The position numbers were made by a program, and so were the translations under genes. 52,776 nt of DNA from Rhodospirillaceae bacterium. Lineage in GTDB: Bacteria > Pseudomonadota > Alphaproteobacteria > CACIAM-22H2. The notes under the pieces were generated by a model. The model saw only the letters and a program-made list of their open reading frames with translations. It did not search any database and was not told where the DNA came from. Each line of letters starts with the position of its first letter. Position 1 is the stretch's first letter. The stretch lies in contig SHVT01000003.1 of the NCBI GenBank assembly GCA_009694125.1, positions 1 to 52,776 on the forward strand. The letters are read 5' to 3'. Below, piece by piece: positions 30,228 through 40,152 of the stretch.

Positions 30228-33200
30228 CTAGGATTCCTTCAAATTCGAGGCAATGAATTTCATCGAATCATTCGCGTCGACATAACCTTCGCTCTCCGCC
30301 GCCTCCGCTTGCGCGGCCCAATCGGCGTCTTCCAGGGACGGGCGGCCATACCCGCCGCCGCCCGGCGTTTCGATGACGAAGGTGTCGCCGGGGGACATCG
30401 CGACCTCCCCGGTGGCGCCAAGCTCCACCCGTGCGCCGTCTGCGCGCTCCACCCAATTGCGGCCCAATGCGCCGGGCTCGCCGCCGTCGAGGCCGAAGGG
30501 CGGGATGCGGCGGCGGTTGGCGAGCATGGCGGCGGTCATGGCCTCGCGGAAGACGATGCGGCGGACCACGCCGTCGCCGCCGCGGTGGCGGCCCTTGCCG
30601 CCGCTGCCCCGGCGGATGCGGAAGGATTCGACCAGCACCGGGAAGCGCCATTCCAGCACCTCGGGATCGGTCAGCCTTGTGTTGGTCATGTGGGTGTGAA
30701 CCGCGTCGGCGCCGTCGAAATCCGGTCCCGCCCCGGCGCCGCCGCAGATGGTTTCGTAATATTGGTGGGTGTCGTTGCCGAAGGTGAAATTGTTCATCGT
30801 GCCCTGCGCTGCCGCCATCGCGCCGAGCGCGCCGAACAAGGCGTCGGTCACACATTGCGAGGTCTCGACATTGCCGGCCACGACCGCGGCGGGATAACGC
30901 GGATCGAGCATCGAACCCGGCGGGATGACGATCTCGATGGGTTTCAGCACGCCCTGGTTCATCGGGATGTCGTCATCGACCAGGGTGCGAAAGACATAAA
31001 GCACGGCCGCCTTCACCACCGCCGAGGGCGTGTTGAAATTATTCGGCCGCTGCGCCGAGGTGCCGGTGAAATCGACGCGGGCCGATCGGCGTTGGCGGTC
31101 GATGGAAATGGCGACGCGGATGACGCCGCCATCGTCCATCTCATAGGTGAAATCGCCATCCTTCAACACGCCGATGACACGCCGCACCTGTTCCTCGGCG
31201 TTGTCCTGGACGTGGCCCATATAGGCGCGCGCGACAGCGAGTCCGTAAAACGCGACCATGCGGCGCAGCTCGTGGATGCCGGTTTCGCAGGCCGCGACCT
31301 GGGCCTTGAGATCGGCGATGTTCTGCGCCGGGTTGCGCGCTGGGTAAGGCCCCGACGACAGCAGCGCCACCATCTCCGCCTCGCGGAAACGCCCGCGCTC
31401 GACCAACCGCACATTGTCGATCAGCACACCTTCTTCTTCCACGGTGCGGCTGGAGGGCGGCATCGAACCCGGCGTGATGCCGCCGATATCGGCCTGATGC
31501 CCGCGCGCGGCGACGAAAAACAAAAGCTCGGCGCCGGCTTCGTCGAAGACCGGTGCGATCACGGTTACGTCGGGCAGATGGGTGCCGCCGTCATAGGGCG
31601 CGTTCAGCGCGTAGACATCGCCGGGCGCCAGCCGGGCGCCATGGGCGCGGATGATCGAGCGCACGCTTTCGCCCATGGAACCCAGATGCACCGGCATGTG
31701 CGGCGCGTTGGCGACGAGATTGCCTTCATGGTCGAAAACGGCGCAGGAGAAATCGAGGCGTTCCTTGATATTCACCGAGATCGCGGTGTTGGCGAGCGTC
31801 ACGCCCATCTGCTCGGCGATCGACATGAACAGATTGTTGAACACTTCGAGCATGACGGGATCGCTGCGCGCGCCCACCGCCGACCGCGCCGGCAGCGCCA
31901 CGACCCGGCGCAGCACGAGATGACCGAGCGGGTGAACCTCGGCGCGCCAGCCCGGCTCGACGACACTCGTGGCGTTGGCGTCGGCGACGATGGCGGGGCC
32001 GTCGATCGTGGTGCCGGCGGGAAGCGCCTCGCGGCGGTAGAGGCCTGCGGGACCTGCGGTCGGCACTACTTGCTCTGATACCGGGGCTTGCCTCTTACTA
32101 AGGCCGTCCGCAGGACCGTCGGCGGGACTGACGGCCTCGACGGTGGCGGCTTCGACGATCAACGCCGTGTCGGGCATGGAGAAACCGTAGCGGCGGCGAT
32201 GGGCGGCGACGAAGGCTTCGGTCATCGCCGCAACCGCACCGAAATCGATGGGCAGCGTCGAATCCGTGCCCTGGTATTTCAATTGCAAGCGGCGTTGCAC
32301 GGCGATCCGGCCCGGCTCCGCGCCTTGGCCGCGCAGCTCCGCCGCCGCGTCCTCGGCCAGGTCGTCGAGCACGCGCGTCAACATCGGCAGAGCCGCTGCT
32401 GTCAACGCGGCTTCGACCGCGCGCTCGCGCAAGGCGCGGAGATCGGCGAGCCCCATGCCATAGGCCGACAGCACACCGGCGTGGGGATGGATGACGATGG
32501 TCTTCATGCCGAGAATATCGGCGACCCCGCAGGCATGTTGGCCGCCGGCCCCGCCGAAGCAGCACAACGCGTACTCGGTTGCATCGAGACCGCGGGCCAC
32601 CGAGACCTGCTTGATCGCGTTGGCCATGTTTTCGTTGGCGATCTTGGTGAAGCCATCGGCGATCTCGGCCGGGCTCATGCGTGTGCCGGTCGCGCGTTCG
32701 ATGTCCGTCGCCAGGGCGGCGAATTTCGCGGCCACGATGTCGGCGTCGATGGGCAGGTCGCCGCGCCGGCCGAAGATGCGCGGGAAGAAATCGGGTTTGA
32801 TCCGGCCGGTCATGACGTTGGCGTCGGTGACGGTGAGCGGCCCGCCGCGCCGGTAACAGGCCGGGCCGGGATCGGCGCCCGCCGATTGCGGGCCAACCCG
32901 GAAGCGGGCGCCGTCGAAAACCAGGAGCGAGCCGCCGCCCGCCGCCACCGTGTGAATCTTCATCATCGGCGACCGCATCCGCACACCGGCGACCAAGGTC
33001 TCGAATTCCAGCTCGTGGGCGCCGTCGTACAGCGCGACATCGGTCGAGGTGCCGCCCATGTCGAAACCGACGATGCGGTCGAAGCCCGCCGCCGCGCTGG
33101 TGCGCGCCGCCCCGACGATGCCGGCGGCCGGACCCGACAGGATGGCGTCCTTGCCCCGAAACCTTCGCGCATCGACCAGCCCGCCATTGGATTGCATGAA

Positions 33201-33911
33201 CATCAGCGGCGTGCCGCCCAGCGCCGCCTCGGCCCGATCCACGTAACGGCGCAGCAACGGCGAGACATAGGCATCGACCAGGGTGGTATCGCCGCGCCCG
33301 ACCAGCTTCATCAGCGGGCTGACCTCGTGCGAGACGCTGATTTGGGTGAAGCCGATGGCGCGGGCGATGGCGGCGACTTGTTTCTCATGCTCGACGTGGC
33401 GATAGCCGTGGAGCAGGACAATGGCGATAGCGCGGATGCCGGCGGCGAAGGCTTCGGCCAGCCCGCGCCGCGTGGCGACAGGATCGGGCGGGCGCAACAC
33501 TTCGCCCTGCGCGCTCATGCGCTCGTCGATTTCTACGACGCCGGCATAAAGCATCTCCGGCAGCACGATCTTGCGCGCGAACAGCTTCGGCCGGTTCTGA
33601 TAGGCGATGCGGATGGAATCGCCGAAGCCGCGCGTGATCGCCAACACCACCTTCTCCCCCTCGCGTTCGAGCAGGGCGTTGGTGGCGATGGTCGTACCCA
33701 TCTTGACCGCCTCGATGGCGGATGTGGGCAGGGCCGCGCCCGAAGCCAGGCCGAGCAGATCGCGGATGCCCTGGATCGCGGCGTCATCGTAGCGTCCGGG
33801 ATTCTCCGACAGCAACTTGCGGGTCAGCAGGGCGCCGTCGGGGCGACGCGCCACGATGTCGGTGAAGGTGCCGCCGCGATCGATCCAGAATTGCCAGCCG
33901 GGCTCGGCCAT
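30228..33911 (-). CDS. Single-chain ATP-dependent 5-oxoprolinase (hydantoinase A+B fusion)
   Basis: [100 protein letters not shown]. Confidence 0.95.
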   Translation of the reverse strand: MAEPGWQFWIDRGGTFTDIVARRPDGALLTRKLLSENPGRYDDAAIQGIRDLLGLASGAALPTSAIEAVKMGTTIATNALLEREGEKVVLAITRGFGDSIRIAYQNRPKLFARKIVLPEMLYAGVVEIDERMSAQGEVLRPPDPVATRRGLAEAFAAGIRAIAIVLLHGYRHVEHEKQVAAIARAIGFTQISVSHEVSPLMKLVGRGDTTLVDAYVSPLLRRYVDRAEAALGGTPLMFMQSNGGLVDARRFRGKDAILSGPAAGIVGAARTSAAAGFDRIVGFDMGGTSTDVALYDGAHELEFETLVAGVRMRSPMMKIHTVAAGGGSLLVFDGARFRVGPQSAGADPGPACYRRGGPLTVTDANVMTGRIKPDFFPRIFGRRGDLPIDADIVAAKFAALATDIERATGTRMSPAEIADGFTKIANENMANAIKQVSVARGLDATEYALCCFGGAGGQHACGVADILGMKTIVIHPHAGVLSAYGMGLADLRALRERAVEAALTAAALPMLTRVLDDLAEDAAAELRGQGAEPGRIAVQRRLQLKYQGTDSTLPIDFGAVAAMTEAFVAAHRRRYGFSMPDTALIVEAATVEAVSPADGPADGLSKRQAPVSEQVVPTAGPAGLYRREALPAGTTIDGPAIVADANATSVVEPGWRAEVHPLGHLVLRRVVALPARSAVGARSDPVMLEVFNNLFMSIAEQMGVTLANTAISVNIKERLDFSCAVFDHEGNLVANAPHMPVHLGSMGESVRSIIRAHGARLAPGDVYALNAPYDGGTHLPDVTVIAPVFDEAGAELLFFVAARGHQADIGGITPGSMPPSSRTVEEEGVLIDNVRLVERGRFREAEMVALLSSGPYPARNPAQNIADLKAQVAACETGIHELRRMVAFYGLAVARAYMGHVQDNAEEQVRRVIGVLKDGDFTYEMDDGGVIRVAISIDRQRRSARVDFTGTSAQRPNNFNTPSAVVKAAVLYVFRTLVDDDIPMNQGVLKPIEIVIPPGSMLDPRYPAAVVAGNVETSQCVTDALFGALGAMAAAQGTMNNFTFGNDTHQYYETICGGAGAGPDFDGADAVHTHMTNTRLTDPEVLEWRFPVLVESFRIRRGSGGKGRHRGGDGVVRRIVFREAMTAAMLANRRRIPPFGLDGGEPGALGRNWVERADGARVELGATGEVAMSPGDTFVIETPGGGGYGRPSLEDADWAAQAEAAESEGYVDANDSMKFIASNLKES

Positions 33912-33950
33912 TGTCTTCGCGTCCCCCGCTTCGGCTACATTGTCGCAACG

Positions 33951-34709
33951 ATGATCGAACGTCCCTCACCGAACCATGAGCCGCGCCCTCCCGGCAAGAC
34001 GATCGACATGCTGGTGCTGCATTACACCGGTATGGTCGACGCCGGCGAGGCGCTGCGCCGGCTCTGCGAACCCGCTTCCAAGGTCAGCGCCCATTACCTG
34101 ATCGACGAGGATGGCGCAGTCTACCGCCTGGTGGCCGAAGACCGCCGCGCCTGGCATGCCGGCGTGGCGCGCTGGGCCGGCGAGACCGACATCAACGGAA
34201 TTTCCATCGGCATCGAACTGGCCAATTCCGGCCACGATCACGGCTACCGCGATTTTCCTGAAGCCCAGATGGCGGCGCTGATCGATCTGGCCGGCGGGAT
34301 CGTCGCGCGCCACGGTATCCCGGCCGCGCGCGTGCTCGGCCATTCCGACGTGGCCCCGCACCGCAAGCTCGATCCCGGCGAGAAATTCGACTGGAAGCGC
34401 CTCGCCGCCGCCGGCATCGGCCTATGGCCGGAGGCCATCACAAAGAAGTGGCTGGTTGAGACGGCGTCGCCCGCCGAAGGACCGGATTTCGACCCCGGCG
34501 ATTCCGATCCGAAGATCGCCGAGGCGCAGTCCGCCCTCGCCCGCTTCGGCTACGACGTGGAGACCACCGGTGTATTGGACGCGCGCACGACAACCGTCCT
34601 GGCCGCCTTCCAGCGCCATTTCCGCCCGCGCCGCATCGACGGCCGCCTCGATGCCGAAACCGCGGCGATCCTGGCCGCCCTGGTCGCACTTCTCCCACCC
34701 GGCGCCTGA
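33951..34709 (+). CDS. N-acetylmuramoyl-L-alanine amidase (Amidase_2 plus PG-binding domain)
   Basis: PSPN, LVLHYTGM, VSAHYLI, RAWHAG, SIGIEL, GHSDVAP.RK.DPGE.F.W, AFQRHFRP; ATG 33951. Confidence 0.93.
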   Translation: MIERPSPNHEPRPPGKTIDMLVLHYTGMVDAGEALRRLCEPASKVSAHYLIDEDGAVYRLVAEDRRAWHAGVARWAGETDINGISIGIELANSGHDHGYRDFPEAQMAALIDLAGGIVARHGIPAARVLGHSDVAPHRKLDPGEKFDWKRLAAAGIGLWPEAITKKWLVETASPAEGPDFDPGDSDPKIAEAQSALARFGYDVETTGVLDARTTTVLAAFQRHFRPRRIDGRLDAETAAILAALVALLPPGA

Positions 34710-34777
34710 CGACGCCGGGTGCGGGCTTCGACTAGCCGCAACTCGCCGCTCCTTCCAATCCAGGCTACGATGGCGGC

Positions 34778-35608
34778 ATGAACGAAAGGGTTAAGCGGCG
34801 GCTCACCACGGTATTGTGCGCGGACGTGGCGGGGTATTCGCGGCTGATGGAGGCCGACGAGGCCGGGACGATGGTGATGCTACGTCGCTATCGCGAGGCG
34901 ATGCGGGCGCTGGTCGCCCGCCATGACGGGCGCGTCGTCAATACCTGGGGCGACGCGGTGATCGCCGAGTTCGCCAGCGTCGTGGAGGCCGTGCAATGCG
35001 CCGTGGAGGTGCAGCAGGAGCTTGCTGGCCACGACCGCGACTTGCCCGACGACAAACGCATGCGCTTTCGCATCGGCATCAATCTCGGCGATGTGTTGAC
35101 CGAAGGCGAGGACATCTATGGTGATGGCGTCAACATCGCCGCGCGCTTGCAGGAACAGGCGGAGCCGGGCGGCATTTTGATCTCTGGCCCGGTCTACGAT
35201 CAGGTGCACAACAAATTGGCGATCGGCTTCGACTATATCGGCCAGCAGCAGGTCAAGAACATGACCACGCCGGTGATGAGTTATCGCGTGCGCCTCTCCG
35301 GCGCCGGCGACGTCGGAACGGCCGCGACATCGAAGCCCGGTTCGGGGCGGCCCGGCGTACCGCCCATCCCGGACACCGGCCTGCCGCAGGGGTCGCTAAC
35401 CCCGGCCGGGTTGTGGGCGCGATTCATGGGCTTGCCCCGCAAAGCTCGCGTGCTGGCCGCCGCGGCCGCTCTTCTTTTTCACAATCAACCTGTTCACCGG
35501 CTTCAAGACGATCTGGTTCCATTGGCCAATTGCGGTGTTGTTGTTCGGCACCCTGTTGCGCCACATCCGCGGCCCCAAGTCCGGGCGCTGACCGCGATCG
35601 ACCCCTAG
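34778..35608 (+). CDS. Class III nucleotide cyclase-domain protein with a frameshift before its C-terminal 2TM-like segment
   Basis: ADVAGYS, NTWGDAV, FRIGINLGDV, DIYGDGVNIAARL, VKN; the +1 frame from 35478 reads FTINLFTGFKTIWFHWPIAVLLFGTLLRHIRGPKSGR* (stop 35589-35591). Confidence 0.85.
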   Translation: MNERVKRRLTTVLCADVAGYSRLMEADEAGTMVMLRRYREAMRALVARHDGRVVNTWGDAVIAEFASVVEAVQCAVEVQQELAGHDRDLPDDKRMRFRIGINLGDVLTEGEDIYGDGVNIAARLQEQAEPGGILISGPVYDQVHNKLAIGFDYIGQQQVKNMTTPVMSYRVRLSGAGDVGTAATSKPGSGRPGVPPIPDTGLPQGSLTPAGLWARFMGLPRKARVLAAAAALLFHNQPVHRLQDDLVPLANCGVVVRHPVAPHPRPQVRALTAIDP

Positions 35609-35706
35609 CGCCGGGCCGCCGGCTCCCAGGATGTGACGCCCGTGACTCTGCCCGCATTTCTCCGCAATCCCCGTCACCCGCGCTTAGTCCCACAGGAGCG
35701 CCGGCA

Positions 35707-35735
35707 TTGACGCGGGGCTTGGACCTCTCTACCTA
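35707..35735 (+). promoter_or_regulatory. Putative rnpB promoter
   Basis: TTGACG-N17-TACCTA ending 5 nt before the RNA 5' stem. Confidence 0.5.
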
Positions 35736-35740
35736 CACCT

Positions 35741-36147
35741 GGGCCAGACGGCCGGATGGCCGCTCTTTCCCCGCTTGCCGGGGGGAGGGAGGAAAGTCCG
35801 GGCTCCACGGAAACACGGTGCCGGGTAACGCCCGGCGGGGGCGACCCCAGGGACAGTGCCACAGAAAACAAACCGCCGGCCGCGAGAGCGCCGCCGGCAA
35901 GGGTGAAACGGGGCGGTAAGAGCGCACCGCGGCCTCGGCAACGAGGGCGGCACGGTAAACCCCACCGGGAGCAAGACCAAGTAGGAACGGCAGTCCGTTC
36001 GGCTTAAAGCCGGGCGGGCGGGTGCGTCTCCGCATCGTCGTTCGGGTCGGTCGCGCGAGGCGCCTGGTAACAGGCGTCCCAGAGGAATGGCCATCGCCCG
36101 CCTTTAACAAGCGGTGCACAGAACCCGGCTTACAGGCCGTCTGGCTC
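35741..36147 (+). ncRNA. rnpB: RNase P RNA, bacterial type A
   Basis: GAGGAAAGTCCGGGCTCC, AGTGCCACAGAAA, GGTAAACCCCACCGGGAGCAA, ACAGAACCCGGCTTA; terminal P1 pairing GGGCCAGACGGCC / GGCCGTCTGGCTC. Confidence 0.97.
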
Positions 36148-36148
36148 C

Positions 36149-36194
36149 TGCGGAGGGCCTTACAAGATACGCGATGCTTGTAAGGCCCTCCGCA
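36149..36194 (+). terminator. Strong hairpin directly 3' of rnpB
   Basis: Perfect 18-bp stem TGCGGAGGGCCTTACAAG / CTTGTAAGGCCCTCCGCA with a 10-nt loop; no clear U-tract. Confidence 0.55.
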
Positions 36195-36360
36195 AGTCTT
36201 GCCCCAATAAGAACATTACGAGAACACAATTTCGCCACAGTTGACGGCAAAGATGGCAAGTCGAGGGGTCGTGGCCACGCGAATTTCCTCCGCCATCACC
36301 AGGAAGCATCGCCGGGCCATGGGAACTGTTCTTTGCTGCGCCCTGTTTTTATTGGTGTTT

Positions 36361-36404
36361 CCCATTGACGCCCATAATTACCCATGTTATCCCACAATGT
36401 CCCA
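36361..36404. promoter_or_regulatory. MraZ-binding repeat array overlapping the dcw promoter
   Basis: CCCA at 36361, 36371, 36381, 36391 and 36401 (TGGG on the bottom strand, exact 10-bp period); embedded TTGACG-N17-TATCCC. Confidence 0.75.
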
Positions 36405-36474
36405 TTGGGGACGAGTCGGGGCCTTTTCCGCGGTGGGACAGGAACAGTCGCCGAGTTCGGCGACAGGGGATGAG

Positions 36475-36933
36475 ATGGCATTGTTCCTGTCCACGTACCT
36501 GAACAAGGTCGATCGCAAGGGGCGCGTATCCGTCCCCGCGAGCTTCCGCGCGGCCCTGGCCGGCCAGGCTTTCCACGGCGTCGTGGCGTTTCCCGCGGTC
36601 GGTGTGCCGTCCATCGATTGTTTCGGCATCGACCGCATGGAGCGGCTGTCGGCGAGCATCGATGACATCGACCTGTTCTCCGACCGCCAGCGCAACCTCT
36701 CGGCCACCATTTTCGCCGATTCCCACCAGCTCGCCTTCGATGGCGAAGGCCGAATCCTGCTGCCCGAAGCCCTGGTCAAACACACCCAGATCGCCGATCA
36801 GGCGCTGTTCGCCGGCGCCGGTCCGTCGTTCCAGATTTGGCACCCCGATGCCTTCCGCCGTTACCAGCAGGACGCCCGCGGCAAGGCCCAGGGCCTGTCG
36901 GTGAAGCTGCGCCCGGCGGAATCGGGATCATGA
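36475..36933 (+). CDS. mraZ: Division/cell wall cluster transcriptional regulator
   Basis: FLSTY.NKVDRKGRVSVPA.FR, second D.EGRILLP motif, FQIW.P; ATG 36475. Confidence 0.95.
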   Translation: MALFLSTYLNKVDRKGRVSVPASFRAALAGQAFHGVVAFPAVGVPSIDCFGIDRMERLSASIDDIDLFSDRQRNLSATIFADSHQLAFDGEGRILLPEALVKHTQIADQALFAGAGPSFQIWHPDAFRRYQQDARGKAQGLSVKLRPAESGS

Positions 36934-37907
36934 ACGCGCTCAGCCCGGCGGGAACCCATCGCCCGGTCATGACCGCCGAAATCGTGGCCGCGCTCGCCCC
37001 GCGCGACGGCGAGGTCTTCGTCGATGGCACCTTCGGCGGCGGCGGGCATAGCCGTGCCTTGCTGGAAGCCGCGTCTTGCCGCGTCTGGGGGATCGACCAG
37101 GACCCCGACGCCGTTCCCCGCGCCGAGGCTCTGGTCCGGCAATATCCCGGCCGTTTCGCCCTGGTGCCCGGCCGTTTCGGGGCGATGGACGATTTGCTGA
37201 AGGCGCGTGGCGTCGATGCTGTGGCCGGCATCACGCTGGACCTGGGCGTGTCGTCGATGCAGATCGACGATCCCGAACGCGGTTTTTCCTTCCGCTTCGA
37301 CGGACCCCTGGACATGCGGATGGCAAGCGCGGGAAGCCCGTCGGATTCCGGTGTCGAAGGGCCGAGCGCCGCCGATCTGGTCAACACCCTCAGCGAGGGT
37401 GAATTGGCCGACATCATCCGCCGCTATGGCGAGGAACGCCGCGCCGGCGCCATCGCCCGCGCCATCGTCGCGGCGCGCGCCCAAGGCCCGATCACCCGCA
37501 CCGCCCAGCTCGCCGACATCGTGCGCGCGGTCGTGCGCCGGTCCCCCGACGGCATCGACCCCGCCACCCGCACCTTCCAGGCCCTGCGCATCGCGGTGAA
37601 CGACGAGATCGACGAATTGCGACGCGGCCTTGAAGCAGCGGAAAAGTTGCTCTCCCCCGGCGGACGGCTCGCGGTGTTGTCGTTTCATTCGCTCGAGGAT
37701 TCGGCGGTGAAGGATTTTCTGCGGACCCGTTCGGGCGGCAGCGGCACCTCGCGCCACCTGCCGCTTCCGCCGGATCGCGGGCCGCCCGCCTTCACCCTGC
37801 CCTCGCGCAAGGCGATCAAACCCGGCGCCGCCGAGATCGCCGCCAATCCGCGCGCCCGCTCCGCCCGGCTGCGGATCGCCCACCGCACCCACGGAGCACC
37901 CGCATGA
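36930..37907 (+). CDS. rsmH: 16S rRNA m4C1402 methyltransferase
   Basis: H.PVM, DGTFGGGGHS, DLGVSSMQID, GPLDMRM, ATRTFQALRIAVNDE, SFHSLED, NPRARSARLR. Confidence 0.97.
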   Translation: MNALSPAGTHRPVMTAEIVAALAPRDGEVFVDGTFGGGGHSRALLEAASCRVWGIDQDPDAVPRAEALVRQYPGRFALVPGRFGAMDDLLKARGVDAVAGITLDLGVSSMQIDDPERGFSFRFDGPLDMRMASAGSPSDSGVEGPSAADLVNTLSEGELADIIRRYGEERRAGAIARAIVAARAQGPITRTAQLADIVRAVVRRSPDGIDPATRTFQALRIAVNDEIDELRRGLEAAEKLLSPGGRLAVLSFHSLEDSAVKDFLRTRSGGSGTSRHLPLPPDRGPPAFTLPSRKAIKPGAAEIAANPRARSARLRIAHRTHGAPA

Positions 37908-38419
37908 TTCCGCGATCCGGCCTGATGTGGTTGGGCTTGGCGCTGGCCATCGGCGGCGGGCTTTTCGACATCAAACACGATGTCCAGTCCTTTGAGGACG
38001 AGCTGAACCGGCTCAACCGCGCCATGACCGCCGAACAGCAAGCCATCCACGTTCTCAAGGCGGAATGGAGCCTGATAAATCAGCCCTCCCGCCTGCAAGG
38101 CCTTGCCGCCCGCCACCTCGATCTGATCGCCATGGACCCCCGGCAAATCGTCCATGTCGCCGATCTGCCGTTCCCCGGCGAGGTGCTTCCCGCACCCCCG
38201 CCGCCGGCCAAACGCCCCACCGCCGCGCCGCGCCCGGCGAGTCCCCCCGTCGCCCGCGCCCCGGCCAAACCCGCCATCGTCGCCGAATCCAAGGCCGGCG
38301 AGCCCAAGCCAACCCTGCCGCCGGGCGGGCGCGGTCAGGCCGAATCCGCGGCCGAGGCGCCGCCGCCCAGCCAGCCGCCGAAAATCGCCGCCCTCGCCGA
38401 AGCCGGGGGTCCGGAATGA
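37904..38419 (+). CDS. ftsL: Cell division protein FtsL (alphaproteobacterial type)
   Basis: TM, coiled coil, I.VLKAEWS..NQP.RL..LA; lies between rsmH and ftsI; Pro/Ala-rich tail. Confidence 0.88.
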   Translation: MIPRSGLMWLGLALAIGGGLFDIKHDVQSFEDELNRLNRAMTAEQQAIHVLKAEWSLINQPSRLQGLAARHLDLIAMDPRQIVHVADLPFPGEVLPAPPPPAKRPTAAPRPASPPVARAPAKPAIVAESKAGEPKPTLPPGGRGQAESAAEAPPPSQPPKIAALAEAGGPE

Positions 38420-40152
38420 ACCAGCCCCTCTGCGCCGACCGAAGACTGGTCATCGAAGGCAGCGGCAAGCAGATTTTCGAGCTGGCGCGCACCCGTATCC
38501 TGATCGCCGGCGTGGTCTTCGCGCTCGGCTTTCTCACGGTCGGGGCGCGGCTGGTGGACGTGACGCTGCTCCAGAACGGCCGCGAACCCCGGCTCGCCTC
38601 CGCCTCGCCCGCCGCCGCGCTGGAAATGGACCGCGCCAACATCGTGGACCGCAACGGCGTCCTCCTGGCGACGAGCCTGTCCACCGCCTCGCTTTACGCC
38701 AATCCGCATCTGATCCTCGACGCCGGCGACGCCGCCGCCAAACTCGCCGCCGTGTTGCCCGATCTGGACCGCGGCGAGCTGCGCGCCAAACTCGCCTCCG
38801 ATCGCTCCTTCGTCTGGGTCAAGCGCAACCTGACGCCGCGCCAGCAATTCGAGGTCAACCGGCTCGGCATCCCGGCTCTGTCGTTCCAGCGCGAGGAACG
38901 CCGGGTTTATCCCCACGGCGCGCTCACCGCCCACATCGTCGGCTACACCGGCATCGACAATCGCGGCCTGGCCGGCCTCGAACAATCGATGGACGGGGCG
39001 CTCCGCCGGGCTCCGGAGGCAAGCGCCCCGCGCGCAAAGGCCGGCGAGGCGCTCCAACTCAGCCTCGATATTCGCCTGCAACACGTGTTGCGCCAGGAGC
39101 TGCAACGCACGATCGCCGAGTTCGATGCCCTGGGCGCTTCCGGCATCGTCCTCGACGCCCGCAACGGCGAAATCCTGGCCATGGTCTCGCTGCCCGATTT
39201 CGATCCGGTGGACGTGGGCACCGCCGAACCCGAACAGCGGTTCAACCGCAGCACGCTCGGCCTGTACGAGATGGGCTCGACCTTCAAGCTGTTCACCGCG
39301 GCGATGGCGTTGGAAAGCGGCACCGTCGGACTCCATGACGGCTTCGACGCGACCCAGCCGATCAAGGTTTCGCGCTTCACCATCAAGGACTATCAGGGCA
39401 AGAAGCGCTGGCTGTCGGTGCCCGAAATCATCATGTATTCGTCCAATATCGGGGCCGCGAAGATGGCGCTGGCGGTGGGCGGTCAACGCCAGCGCGACTA
39501 TCTCGGAAAGCTGGGGCTGCTGAAGGCGTCCACCGTCGAGCTGCCGGAAATCGCCACGCCGCTGGCGCCCGAGCGCTGGCGCGACATCAACACCATGACC
39601 ATCGGCTTCGGCCACGGCATTTCGGTCTCGCCCCTGCACATGGCGGTGGGCGTGGGCGCCATCGCCAGCGGCGGCGTTATGCACCCGGTTACGCTGCTGA
39701 AACGGCCCGATGGCATGGCCGCGCCCGGACAACGCGTGTTGTCGCCCAAGACCGCAGAGCAGGTCTGGGGCCTGATGCGCATGGTCGTCGAACAGGGCAC
39801 CGGCAAGACCGCCGATGTCCCCGGCTACCTGGTCGGAGGCAAGACCGGATCGGCGGAAAAGCCGGCGGGCAAGGCCTATCGGAAATCGGCCTTGATTTCG
39901 TCCTTCGTCGGCGCCTTTCCGATGAACGATCCGCGTTACGTCGTGGTCGTCGTCGTCGACGAGCCGCACGGCACCAAACAAAGCCATGGCTACGCCACCG
40001 GCGGCTGGGTGGCGGCGCCGACTGTCGGCCGTCTGGTGGCACGGATGGCCACGTTGCTCGGCATCGAACCTCAAGGCGGCAAGGACCCCGCGCAACGCGA
40101 ACCCTTGTTGGTCACGGTGAGCGCGGGAGGCAAAAAGGGTGCGCCTTTCTGA
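38416..40152 (+). CDS. ftsI: Septal transpeptidase PBP3
   Basis: RANIVDRNG, R.YP.G, YEMGSTFK (SxxK), SSN, KTG; ATGA overlap with ftsL. Confidence 0.95.
   Translation: MNQPLCADRRLVIEGSGKQIFELARTRILIAGVVFALGFLTVGARLVDVTLLQNGREPRLASASPAAALEMDRANIVDRNGVLLATSLSTASLYANPHLILDAGDAAAKLAAVLPDLDRGELRAKLASDRSFVWVKRNLTPRQQFEVNRLGIPALSFQREERRVYPHGALTAHIVGYTGIDNRGLAGLEQSMDGALRRAPEASAPRAKAGEALQLSLDIRLQHVLRQELQRTIAEFDALGASGIVLDARNGEILAMVSLPDFDPVDVGTAEPEQRFNRSTLGLYEMGSTFKLFTAAMALESGTVGLHDGFDATQPIKVSRFTIKDYQGKKRWLSVPEIIMYSSNIGAAKMALAVGGQRQRDYLGKLGLLKASTVELPEIATPLAPERWRDINTMTIGFGHGISVSPLHMAVGVGAIASGGVMHPVTLLKRPDGMAAPGQRVLSPKTAEQVWGLMRMVVEQGTGKTADVPGYLVGGKTGSAEKPAGKAYRKSALISSFVGAFPMNDPRYVVVVVVDEPHGTKQSHGYATGGWVAAPTVGRLVARMATLLGIEPQGGKDPAQREPLLVTVSAGGKKGAPF

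Noticed and set aside
32050-32110. Short patch of atypical codons inside the oxoprolinase ([14 protein letters not shown])
   Set aside because: Frame is intact and it falls in a likely variable linker; too short to call an insertion
32088-33950. Apparent 873-aa amidase fusion in the ORF track
   Set aside because: The first 621 codons are antisense to the oxoprolinase; the amidase begins at ATG 33951
35674-36119. Several short ORFs on both strands
   Set aside because: They overlap the RNase P RNA gene
36361-36404. CRISPR-like or satellite repeat
   Set aside because: 4-bp units at a 10-bp period, no spacers or cas genes; better explained as MraZ boxes
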